From NCBI GenBank assembly GCA_964019335.1, contig OZ025689.1, forward strand, positions 186,001-250,000: a stretch of 64,000 nucleotides of DNA. The letters run 5' to 3'. Position numbers and translations under genes: made by a program. Each line of letters opens with the position of its first letter. Position 1 is the stretch's first letter. Under the pieces are notes generated by a model. That model did no database searches. It was not told where the DNA came from and saw nothing but the letters and a program-made list of their open reading frames with translations. Source of the DNA: Diplonema japonicum. Lineage: Eukaryota > Protista > Euglenozoa: Diplonemea. This document shows, piece after piece, positions 25,512-37,400 of this stretch.

Positions 25512-26593
25512 ATACCTTTTCCCCTGTTTCAGAGTGGACGTAAACAATTGACCCTTCTTTGTTAATTTTTATCTTCCATTGAGGTGAGCTTGTTGGGCAG
25601 AGCCATGCCTTTTTTTTTTTTTTTTTTTTTTTAATTCTTCCGAAATACCTTTTCCCCAGTCATAGAGTTCAAGAAGAACACTCTACCTTGTTTGTCCTTT
25701 GCCTTTTTCCAGACGCTCGGGAATCGAATGGACAGCCATTCGGTCAAAGCGTTTTCATGCCCCATTTTAACAAAGGGGTGCTCGAGGAGGCTCTCGGCAG
25801 TAGGCCGACCATCAACAGGCCCCACCATACACATAGCCACAAAATCTTTCAGCTCAGGACAAATCTCGTCCGTCGCAGGCCACTCAACATCTACCTTGCA
25901 CGACGCCAGCATGTCAGCTAATGTTAAATCATTTTTCCCTTCCCAAGGGTGCTCGCCGAGAGCGAGTTCAGCGACGGTTACACCCAATGCCCAGATATCA
26001 GTGGCTTGCCCGTACCCTTCACCCCGTACTCGTTCAGGGGAAAGGTACATTTTCGCACCAACTGCAGTATGGGTTAATTTATTACCGGTGATCTGTTTTG
26101 AAACCCCGAAATCACATATTTTCACAATCCCTTCTTGGTTTATAAGAACATTACTTGGTTTCATGTCCCTGTGAATAACACCTTTCTTGTGAAGGTGCCT
26201 CAGCCCGGTGACGATCTGCCGCGTGATGACCGACAACACCGTCATAGGGATCTTCAAGTCGGAACGAGGCCCGCTGTACAGCAGCTTGGACAGGTTCCCC
26301 ATGCTGCAGTACTCCATAAGAATCATTATGTAGCCCTCACGGAAGTACGCATCTAGTGATGTCACCAGATTCGGGTGTTTTTCGATGCTGAGAACGTGTG
26401 CTAAGTCAGACCGCAGGCCGTTGGTGCTCATGTCCTGTCTGAAGGAAGCTTGCTTCATGGCGAACTTCTCATTTGTCGTTTTGTGCTGTGCCAGCACCAC
26501 CTTCGCCTGGCTTCCGCTTCCGATAGGGCTGTCCTCGAATAGGATCAGGTCTTCAAATTTATGGGTTCCTTTCAAACCTGGTTTTTTTTTTCT

Positions 26594-26639
<46 letters not shown>

Positions 26640-29600
26640 TCTATCAACGAGCGTCTATATATAGACGATTTGAAAAAAAATCTTTTACGCAAAGGGCTTT
26701 CAATGCAATACGGCCCGGCCCTTTCTTGCCGGCGGGGTCCTGCGCGGAAAATTTGAAAAATATAAACTAAATGCTGCCCTAACTTAACAAGAAAATGAAA
26801 AAATAAAAAAAAACGCCAGCCCAAATTTACCCTTAAAAACCACTTCAAAAAATGGCGCTCAGAAAGAGGCCGGAAGAGGACATGATGAGTGATGAAAGCA
26901 CTGATGGCTCATCTCTAGTATGCAGTTTTGATACGGACAGTGATTCTGATACGAATTCGACCGATTCCGAGTCACAGCAGGGTGATTGGACGACAAAGCC
27001 GGAGCGGTTGGAAGGCATCCGGTTTCGTGAGGATCGAAATCCTTGTGGACCCCGTTTTGCCATCAAAGGCTCAACGCCATACCATATATTCTCCCAAATG
27101 CTCGTCCCAAACGTTATTCGGGTCATAGCTTCGAACAGTGTGGCAAATGCGGCTAGAAAAGGTGTTTCCCTGGATCTCGATGCTGCTTCTCTGCGTACCT
27201 TCCTAGGTGTCTTTTTGTCGATGGACTTGGATATCAAACCATGTTATTCTGATTACTGGCGCACAGACTCCACGTCTCTAAACTACACCCCTGGGTACGC
27301 TGCAGTTATGTCAAGAGACCGATTTTTGACTATTCTGTGGAATTTGTGTTTTCACAGTGAAACACACAAGGGTGCTGGCTTCTACGAAGATAGGCTTTAC
27401 AAAGTATCGTGGCTGGTGTCCTCGGTAACTTTTGCATGGCGTTTGGCGTGTATCCCGAGCAGTACTTGAATGTGGACGAAAGTATAATTCCACATACTGG
27501 GAACTTATATTTTAAGCAGTACTCGCCCTTAAAACGCGACCGCTATGGCATAAAGGTTTATGTCCTTAGCAGCAGCAACGGGTACACGCTGAACTCCTCC
27601 GTGTACAGTGGGAAAAGCGATACTTCGAGTATCGTTACTTCCCTGTGCACCGATTACTCCGGCAGGGGGCATGTGCTTGCTGCCGATAATTGGTACACCA
27701 CTGTCCCCCTGGTCCTTGCTCTGTACAAGCAGGGCTTCATGTTCGTCGGCACTGTGCGAAAGAATGCGCAAAGGCCTCCCGGAGACCACGGAGGCCCCAA
27801 AGAAGCGAGGCCGCAAGCCCAAGGACGCGGTCCCGACACCCCGTGGGGACACACAGTTCCACCAGCACGTGGAGCACCCTCTGCACCACATAACGTGGCA
27901 TGACGTCAAGCCTGTGCGCTTTCTATCGACGTTGGATGCTCCGGTGAAGTCGTCCTTGACGTGCAAACGCTGGGTCGGTCAAAAGAGAGAAAAAGCCAGA
28001 AAGGACATTCCGCTCCCCCACCAAGTGCATATTTACAACACTGCAATGGGCGGAACCGACGCTGGGTGACGCTGTGACAAAACGCCATAAACGCACCCTT
28101 ATGACTTCGAAGTGGCCCCTGAAAGTATTTTCGTACTTGTTAGATAAATCTCTGGCAAATGCTTGGCTTGTTTGGAAAGAAGCACTGCCCCCCAACACCC
28201 TGAGTGTGAACGACAGTGGATTCACGCCTTTCAAAGAGGCAGTCATCGAAGGGCTACTAGGGAGGCAGTCTAAACAACAGCTAAAGTCAACTACAGAGCA
28301 GGCTGCCCCAATATCATGCCCCGAAACACAGAACGAGTGCCCTGAGACCCCAATGCGCCGCGACAGTACCTTCTGGGACCATTTCCCCGAAAAAGTAGCG
28401 CAACGTGCGTGCAAGCATTGCAAGTCGAAAAGACCCCAGTTTCAGTGTTCAGCCTGCTTGGTACAACTTTGCGTGACTCCGTGCTTCAAGGACTACCACC
28501 TTGCCGGGAATACCCCCCAGAAACCCCTCTCGGGGTCAAAAAAGAAGTCCCCCAGCCCTGGGGCACGTACGAACCGCGTCAAGAAGGCCTTAAATAGCTC
28601 ATAGTATTAATTTTACAGTCGATTTTTTTTGACTTGTTTTTCGTACCCCCTCTCGAGCATTTCAGGAACGATATTTTTGACAATGTTGTGGGGGTGGGCC
28701 CTGCTGTGGGCACTCTCTCTCTAGAATTGGGACATCTGGAGGCATTCCCAGGGGCATATAGCCCCGGCGTTGCGCTAGAATAGTTTTTTTTTGAGGTTTT
28801 AAAAAATTACCCCCTGGTGGGCAAAAATGGTCCGTTGATAGATGGTTAAATATTAAAACAACCTTGCGATGACAGGGAATATACTTCTTCGCCCTTCCCT
28901 GTTTGCACTTCGACTAAGTTTGGTGATTTAAAGTGTACTTCCTGTTTTTTTTTTTTTTTTTAAATTGCTTTTTTTTTTTTAACCATTAAACCCACATGTC
29001 ATATATATGGCATCGTTTCAAAAAAAAACCCCCCCCCAAAATGAGGCCATTGACACTTTCAATATTTCTCTAAGTACTTTTTCCCAAAGAAAAAAATTTC
29101 TACAACTTTCCCGGCCCAGGTTAGGAAAAAAAACACCCCATAAAATTGGAAAGTGAGTGTTACTAGTAGCCAAAAAATTCAGTCCTAGGGGCAAAAATGG
29201 GTTTTTTTCACTTTGCATAAATTCAGTAAAAGAGGGGGGTTCCAAAAATAGGTTTTCCCACTTTAAACAACTTCAGAAAAAGAGGGGGGGGGGGGGGGTT
29301 CCAAAAATGGACGCTTTTAAACTTGCAGTTGAGAAACTAGGGGTAAAAAAAAGGTATTCGGACCAAGAAAGGGTAAATGGGAACACATCGGCGATCAGGA
29401 CACTCGCCAAAGAGGTTCTTGAGAAGCTCAGTGGCAACGACTGTGCTGCACTAGTTTGTGACGTAGTGTGTAAAGGGGAACTTTTAGCGGCACTTCTGCC
29501 ATCATTTTCTGGTTGGTTTAATAGACAACAAGACGCCACACGGCGCCAATTGGTCAGAGGCATGCGACTTGACCACATCACACACGACGAAATAAGGGCA

Positions 29601-30729
29601 GCTGGCCTTACTGTTGGAAAAGACTTGTTCTACAGTAGCATGGGTACAGTGTGCAAGCCAGGCCGGCCCAGTGCGACGTCCTTGGAGGATGACACAGAGA
29701 TCAATTCTGATCATCTGCAGCAGTCAGCCAGCCAACATCGCGGGTCCTCCGGCGTCTCACACGCAAACGCCACAGGATGACTACCGTAAGGTCACTCGAG
29801 GTGTCATATCAAGATGTTTTCCGGTCATCCGCCCTTATGAATAAGATTTCCTATTCAACATTCCGAAGGAGGAGAGGGAAGGAATTTATGCACTGTGCCA
29901 AACCCACGGATATGTGCGAGTACTGTACAAAAGCACAACGGATGCGTCTTTCGCTATTGCAAACGATGACATCACGTGGGGTCAAATGGGACCTGCAGTT
30001 CAGTGTTTCGGACATGCAAGAGACCCTAAATTGCATTGATGCGATTCGATGGAAGTACCCAAAGAAAAAGGTTTGACCGCACTAAAGAGCATTTTCCTGC
30101 GAAAATTAAGCAGAATAGGTGTATAGTCCACCATAACTTGGGTCTCAGAAGGTCCTCTGTCTATGAATGTTCCACCTGTGGCAAGTGCCTCTGTGCCACA
30201 CCTTGCTTTCGGCTTTACCACCTGAACGAGGACATCACCGAGGATGATCTTCTGGAGCCCGAAACACCGACAAGTACCAGAAACTCACCGATAGGCCCCA
30301 AAACGCCCTCCACTGGCCAGAGAGGTGTGAAACGCAAGCTAAATCTGGGCTAGAATAGTGTTACAAGGGGTTTTTAGTGCATTTTATTATTATTTATTTT
30401 GCACTTTTTTCTACTCCTCTTCCTCCCCTTACCAAAAAGGGTGTTGGGTCAAAAATCATAAGTTCAAAAGCCAGTTCAGGGGAACCCTGATACCTGAATG
30501 TCTCCAGAGGTCATTTCTCCATAAAAAGAACACTTTGTATGTTAAATGCTGCCATTTTTTTGAATTTTTTGGACCTCAAAATGGGTTTTTTTCGGTTTTT
30601 TGCCTGTGGGCTTAATGGTTAAAAAAAAAGGGGGGGTGGGGGTTGTCATAGTTGAAAACATACTTTTTTCTCTTCAGGGGAAGGTGCCAGCCCCGCCACG
30701 CCTGGGGGTGGCTTTCGTCTTCCAACCAT
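25423..30729 (-). CDS. MAP kinase kinase (STE7/MEK family) with two C-terminal WW-like domains; exons 30664-30729, 28863-28941, 25649-26577, 25516-25608, 25423-25455
   Basis: N-terminal basic docking-like MVGRRKPPPGVAGL; IGSGSQAKV, MEYC, HRDMKPSNVL, KICDFGVS, MYLSPER, DIWALG; all four splices are GT-AG and keep frame; WW-like WKKAKDKQGRVFFLNSMTGEK|AW and WKIKINKEGSIVYVHSETGEK. Confidence 0.88.
26637..28845 (+). mobile_element. piggyBac DNA transposon (2209 bp) in MAP2K intron 2
   Basis: TTAA at 26633-26636 and 28846-28849; perfect 13-bp TIR CCATCTATCAACG / CGTTGATAGATGG; internal transposase. Confidence 0.95.
26852..28604 (+). pseudogene. piggyBac transposase with three 1-nt frameshifts
   Basis: Four ORF pieces: DYW…MSRDRF; VDES…YGIKVY…ADNWYT…GTVRKN; WHD.K.V.FLST…YN..MGGTD; KW..K.F..LLD…NAW, then Cys-rich CKHC…CSAC…LC…CFKDYH. 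Confidence 0.9.
28983..30618 (+). mobile_element. Non-autonomous/chimeric piggyBac-type element (1636 bp) in MAP2K intron 1
   Basis: TTAA at 28979-28982 and 30619-30622; 14-bp TIR CCATTAAACCCACA / TGTGGGCTTAATGG (one mismatch); piggyBac Cys-rich C-terminus at ~30070-30353; no piggyBac DDD core. Confidence 0.88.
29307..30076 (+). pseudogene. Frameshifted, truncated non-piggyBac transposase-like ORF inside element 2
   Basis: MDAFKLAVEK…KPGRPS, frame change near 29720, then VRSLEVSYQDVF…ISYSTFRRR…KPTDMCEYC, resembling the pre-catalytic 'S.STF…TDxCxxC' region of Sola-like DDE transposases (from memory; not searched). Confidence 0.45.
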
Positions 30730-31364
30730 CTTAGAGATTTAAAAAAAAAGGGGGGTGGGGGCTCCCTTCTCCCGCACTCTCTTCCCTCCTCCTCTCGCCC
30801 CTCCCTTCCTGTGGTTTTGGTGGAGAAAAAAAAAATAAAAACTGAATTTAGCATGCAGTGATGGGACATTGTATTTTTTTTTTTTTTTTTGCTCCGCAAT
30901 GGGTTGTACCAAAGTGAAGCCATCCATGGGAAAGTGTTGGGTCTCAGTTTTGCGATAGAATTACTAATACAAAAAAAAAAGCAACAGACTAGGTGACCCT
31001 CTTAAATCTTTTTCTTCACGTAGGGGGGGGGGGGGGGGGGTACCGTAAATAGGTATGTGTTTTAGGGGTTAAATATCTCCCTACAACTCTATGAAAAAAA
31101 AAAGAAGAAGAAGCGGGGGGGGTCGATTGTAATTGCTTTTTTTCGTTCGTGCGTGCCGTGGCAAAAAAAAAAAAAAAAAAAAGTTGTAATCTCATAGCGC
31201 AGCCAGTTGACAAAAAAAAACAACGCACTCCCCCCTTTTTTTTTCTTTTTCCGTTTCTAATTTATTTCCCGGAAGGAGAAGACAAAAAAAAAATACAGGT
31301 TTTTTTTTTTTTTTCCTTCTTTTTTTCTTCCTATTTTCTGTTTCTTCATTTCTTTCTTTGCAAA

Positions 31365-31422
31365 CTAAAGGCCCGTGTCACAGGTAATTCTGCTGAACGC
31401 TCTGCTTGCTCTTCTTGGTGCC

Positions 31423-31453
<31 letters not shown>

Positions 31454-34400
31454 CCCCCCTTCTCCCATACTGTTTGAGATAGCGAAAACTGATTGACCCC
31501 GCCGCCAGCAGGCGACTTCCTGACGCTCCCAAGAAGACTTCGTGAAATAGGTGGCGAGTAATTCGTTTCGCCCATGTTCTCACCTTTAGCTTTGCTGCTG
31601 AGATGTTGATCGATGCCTTCAAGACTTTGAGCGAGCTGCCCCACCCGAGAAGTCAGCAAGACGAGCCCACCCTCCAGGTCCGCCATCCTAGTGCTGAGTT
31701 CATGCATCTGGGGGGGGGGGGGGATATTAATTTACACCTCCCCCTTTTCCCACATACCGTGTTGTTCATTATTTCTTCCTTTTCTTTGCCGTCGTCCTCC
31801 AGCACCCCTAGCTCCATCATCGACATACTCTTGTTTATCGGATAAAACGAGAAATCTAACTCACGAATCCTTTCCCACACGTATGATTCCTTTTTTTTTT
31901 TTTTTTTTTTTTAATAGAAAGACTCCTTCCCACATACCTGTCCAGTAAACTCGTCTTCCTTCTTTGTGAGGAGATGGTGGTGAAAGTACAAATAATTCCA
32001 CATGTTGTGTTCAGTAGTGGTGTGGACTTTGAACCCTCCTATATTAAAAAAAAAAAAAAAAAAAAATTGTACTATTTTTTGCCTCTTCCCCTCTCCGTCA
32101 TACCCTTCAGATAGCGCTCAAAAGTGCTGGAATCAATACCACAAATAAAGCAGTAGTTTCGTATCTTTATTTTTGTTACAAAAAAAAAAAAAAAAAAAAA
32201 AAAAAATTACACACCTCTTCTTCAAAATCGTCTTTAGTCTTACGGAGTTCCGTGAAGGAGTCGGTGATGATACCGCTCACGATGCTCAACAGAATGACGA
32301 TCACGCCGATGAAAAACAGATAGTCGAAAACCATCCTCTGGGTGTGGTGGATGCCGTCCTTAAGCGGGGTGCGGCTAATGATGTCACCAACGCCCCCTCC
32401 TGATCGCATCCCGTTCATTAAGGTAAAGGTGAAGCACTGCAGTAGGGTGACACAGTTTGGATTTTCAAGGCTTTCTTCACCCACAAAATCGTTGACAAAA
32501 AGCATGTAACCCAGAACAGAGAAGAGGTACACAATGAGAACACCAAACGCAAACGTCATCAGCAATGTCTGCCCGTTCAGGGAAACCGCGGAAACAACGT
32601 TTCTTAAGTGTGACGATTGCGGGATTACCGCTAGCAGGTGCAGTGCTGAGAAGAACGGGCTCGTAACTACCGCCGCCATGGAGACCAGCAACAACACAAA
32701 TCTCCAGCATAGCCCCAGGCTTGTTTCCCTTGGGAGGATCTGCCACACTGTTTTCAGGGTTCCCCACGTTATCCTCTCCCCTTCCCTCTTCCCGTCCTTT
32801 TCCCTGCCTTGGACATCCTTCAGCAAACGCTTTAGTCGCAGCGTCCACCAGAGGTACACATCAGCCAGACTGATCAACAGATGCAACACGCACATTGATA
32901 TCACCAACATTGACAGAATGTCATCCCACATTCCCTGTTAGGTTTTTTTTCTTTTTAATAAAAACTTAGAAAATACCTCCATCGGAGCCGACTTTGGGAA
33001 CAGTGCTGGCATCAGGAACACCAACCCATGCCCGAGCCTTTCCGTTGCCTTTGCGTGGCCCTTTGGTCTGTAAGAAAGAATGGTTTTTTTTTTTTGTTTT
33101 TCTTTTTTTTTTTTTTGTTTTCCCCAAACATACACAATTCTTGTGACCTCTTGGTCGTCCTCGCCTTGGAACTCGTACATCGAGAAGCAGAACAACAAGA
33201 TGCAGTTCGCGACTAGGGAAGCTCGGACGTTCCACGAACGGAGGCTGTCCTGCGTGGCAGGGGATGTGAAGAACTGGCCCAGTTTGTACCGAATCCAGTT
33301 CCCTGTCCCTTCTACTAGCGACTCGCGCTCCGACCTCGTGATGTATATCCTCTGCACTTCACTCCGAATGTGGTGCAGGTACTTCATCTCTGCGATGAGC
33401 TCACCGCTGACTTCGAAGAAGGCGCCTAGCTTGGCTGCCCTGCTGTCCTTATCACGCAGGTCCCATAGTACTTTGTGTCTCGTCTGCCTCGACAGCCCTG
33501 AACACGTGGATGGTATCCTAAAGTACACCTTTTCCAAAGAAGTCCCTCTTGCTATCTCGATGGTCCCCACCATGCGCTTGAAGTACCTGCTTCCCGGAAG
33601 CCTGTCGATGAGTGCAGCCACTTCTGCCGACCACCCTGACAACGTGAGAAGCAAAATGTACAAGTTGAACGACACGTCAAGCAAGTCGCACAGAGATGCC
33701 GCGACTGCGTTGTGGTGTCCTCTTGCTGCCTCTACGTGCTCGACAACACCCAATACCTCGCAGGCGTCCTCCATCCATGCGTCTTCATACACGTAATGTG
33801 AGATCGGCTCACTAGTGATCACAGCAGCTGCGGCACCTGCACCCCCTCCCCTGGGTTTGGAGGGTTGTTCCTGTCCCTTGTCCATCTCCCTGAACACGTT
33901 CCCTGCGGAGTCGGGCCTCTTCTTCAGAAGACCCCAAATGTCTGTCAGCAGACCTTCGATGGTTTCTATCTTCAGCGTCTTCAACATGATAGACACCGAG
34001 GACGGTACCACCCCAGACCCTGCACCGCTCCCCGACCCCTCCAGCACTGACAGCAGGGTTGTGATTGCCTTGGATTTCAGTTCCAGTAGCTCCAGCCCCG
34101 CCGCTTGCAGCAAGTGGTCGACAAGACCGCAGATGTTGCAGCCCACAATCTCGTTCTGGTTGTCGGGACACGGGCCTTGGCAGAACTCAGTCAGCGTGTC
34201 GAAAGTCTGCTGTGCGAGCTCCAGGAGCTCCTCCTTGTCTTCGTCAACGAAGACAGCACCGCAACTCCCTTCCGTGATGAGGCCGTCTGTGTTCATGAGT
34301 GTGCGAAGGAAGAGAAGCACCTCACGGACAACGTTTGTGCTGCGCAGGTTGTCGTCCTGGAGTCTGATGTAGTTCTGCAGCCGCAGGTGGTGGCCTTCGC

Positions 34401-37400
34401 AGACAAGCTGCAGAAGTCTCAACACCTTTCCAATGGATCCCAGAGAAGGTGCGAAAGCTATGGCACGGTGTTCGCTCGACTCGCCGAACAAGTCCCTCTT
34501 CCGCGACCGCTCGACGAGCTTGTCGACTGCCACACCGATGCTGTCCTTCATGGACTCGAAAAAGGACTCGTCGTTGTTGAGGAAGAAGTACAACATCGAG
34601 TTCTGAACCTGGTTGTTCCCGCCCTGCAGCAAGGCCACACCAAAGCATATCGCCTCGTGGGCTATCCCGCCGTGGCCTATCTCCGTCAGCTTCACCATGC
34701 ACGATGTGAGGCCTAGCTTGTTCAGCTTGTTCTGCATCTTGATGTGGTTCGGTGTGACCGAGAAGTCGTCATCATCGTCAATTTCCTGCTTCAACTCACC
34801 CTTTTCGACGGCGTCGCGGATCTTCTTCAAAGGCAGGTGTGCCGTTTTGATGAGCTTTGTGAAGACCTTGAGAAGCCCTGTTATGACCTGTTCGGGCAGG
34901 TCAGGGTCTTCAAGGTGGTTCACAAGCGCCCGTAACCAGTGGGGACCTAACGGCACGGAATGCGTCTCCCAATTGGAGATACTGTCGTCCATGGCATCCA
35001 TCTCCTGTCGCACGAGGACCAGCAGCATGAGAAGCGCGTCCACATCTTCGTGGAAGGTGTCGATGAGGACGTCTTGTATCCTGTAGAACGACTCTATGAT
35101 GCACTCCTCTCGGGCACGGCTGTTTTTCATGGGTGCTGGCGAGACTTCCTTTACGTTCAGCTTTTCTCTGCACTCTTCAAGAGGAGAGATGTCGGGGAAG
35201 TTGTGGTTGACCATCAAAGCTCTTTCCAGCCCAACATGCGGGTCCATGCCTGAGGGGTAGAAAGCAGCGTGGACGCGGGACATGAAAGTGCTCAAGGCGG
35301 AGATCTCTTCTGCGTGCAGCGACTGCATTGCCGATTCGTCGTTGCTGATGGCAATGCACTCTGTGACGAAGTCCATTAGCTGTGGGGTGTACTTCTTGTG
35401 GTCGTCCTCTATCACCGTCTCGAAGTCGAATTTGAAAGAGAAGAATGTCCCAACGCACGGCAAGATGTTCTTGAAGAGCAACTTGCGCAGGTCGCTCACT
35501 TCCTCGACAGGCGTAGTTCCGATGCCCAGCCGCAGACTGTCAGACGAGTTCGTCTTCTTGTCCAAGTTTGACCCCTCGCGCCACTCCCGCACTGCTTGCG
35601 TGAAACACTTGAACAGATCCCACCACCCCATGTTCCCCACCCACACGAGCACAGTGTCGGAGACCTGCTTCGCTGCACTGACGTTCACATCGACAGAAGG
35701 TGTTTCGGCGTCACCCTCATGCAGGTACACGTTATGAAGGAAGTGCAGCAAGGTGCTCATGAAGTAAAAGGGGGGGGTCCAGTCGACCTTCTGCGTGTGG
35801 AAAGGGTTGCTGAGAAGCATCTCAGGGTGATCACTCACACTGTCATCGAAGTTAGGAGGCGACTTCAGCAGTGTGCAGAGAGATCTGAAAATCAAATCGA
35901 GCAACGTGTCCAGCGGCATGAGCAGCTGCCCGCCGACCTCCGCCGTCGTGTTGCGTCCTTCGCAGCACAGAGAGAGGATCTCCAACAGCTTGCAGTTTCC
36001 AGCAACATTCTTCTTGTTCTCGATGGTCCGCCCCTGACCTGTGGCGGCGCTGTCTTCGCGCTTGTCTGCGATGCTGCCTACAGCCTTCGTCTCGTAATCG
36101 ACGTATGACCTGAGGATCTCTGATATCTTCATATTCCCGACGTGTTCCATCAACTGTGTCATGCACAGCAGCTGGTTCCTGTTGCATGGAACGTTACGTT
36201 TGATACCCTCGTCATCCTCCGTTTCGGATACCAGCAGCACCCTCAGCACTTCCGCTGACGTCGTGTCAGTTTCCCTTCGCGACGTTGCCTCCGCAAGCTG
36301 CCTCACCAAGTCTTTAATCAACTCTGGTGGTGCGTCTTTTGCAAGGGCATAGTTGTTCTTGTACAGCGCGATAGCGGTCTCAGCAGCACCCACCTCTTTG
36401 TCGAAGTGGTCGATGAGCTTATTAGCTAACATAGGTGCTACGGTTTCCTGATTGGCAGGGTGCTCATGGCACAGCAGCCCCAGGTACCTGTAGCACAGCC
36501 TGATGATTTCCCACCTCCCGCTGCTGTTGATGTCGGTCGCCCGCAGCAGCCTCCCAATGATCATGTCGTGGAAGTCAAGGTTTCGGCAGATGTCCTGGCG
36601 CTCAGCCAGCATCGCTGTGTTGTTGTCAATGAGCTGCGGCTTGGATCTGCTCAGGATGGATCCCCGTCTTGTGCGTGCCCGCTTCAAGCTGGGCCGCGGC
36701 TGGGCTTCTTCGAGTGTTTTCCGCGGTTGCAAAAGTGATACTATTTCCCCCAGCAGCGCACGGCACTTCTCCTCGTCGCTCTCATTCTCAGTGAGCGCCA
36801 TGTTCTTGAGGAGGGCGTCAAGCTGCTGCTTCTTGATGGTGAGGTCATTGAACAGCACCCACGACTCGTCGCTGAACAGGATCTGCGTGTGGCGGAGGTT
36901 CAAGGCAAGCTCCGCCCCGAACCAGAGGCTCTTGAAGACAAATGTGAGGACGGCATAGCAGAGTTCTTTGTTTTTATAACTAGCCAGTTCAAGGCATATG
37001 GGCAGAAGCTGCGTGCTCTGCTGACGTATGTGTGGTCTATTGTGGCAGTCTACAACATAATCCTTGAAGAAGGAAACGAACTCTGGGCTCAGCGGCTGAC
37101 CGACAGCGCTGGAATTCCTGCGGGCTTTGTCATTTAGAATTATGTCAGCCATCTTGGTCTTGAAGCACGCGATGAGCCCTTGGAGTGCCTCGACGGACTC
37201 ATGCTGCAACCTCAGGTTAAAAACTTCTGTGGCTAGCACCTTCGACTTCATCACAATGCAAGAGTACTCGTCATACTCTCGCCTGCCCTTCCTATCATCC
37301 AACACAGACAGCGTTCTCTGCGAAGACCTCTTATGCCCCAAAGACCGCTCTGTCACATCATCGCCGTCTTGCAGCACGTCATTGGCCCCGTTCAGCAGGT

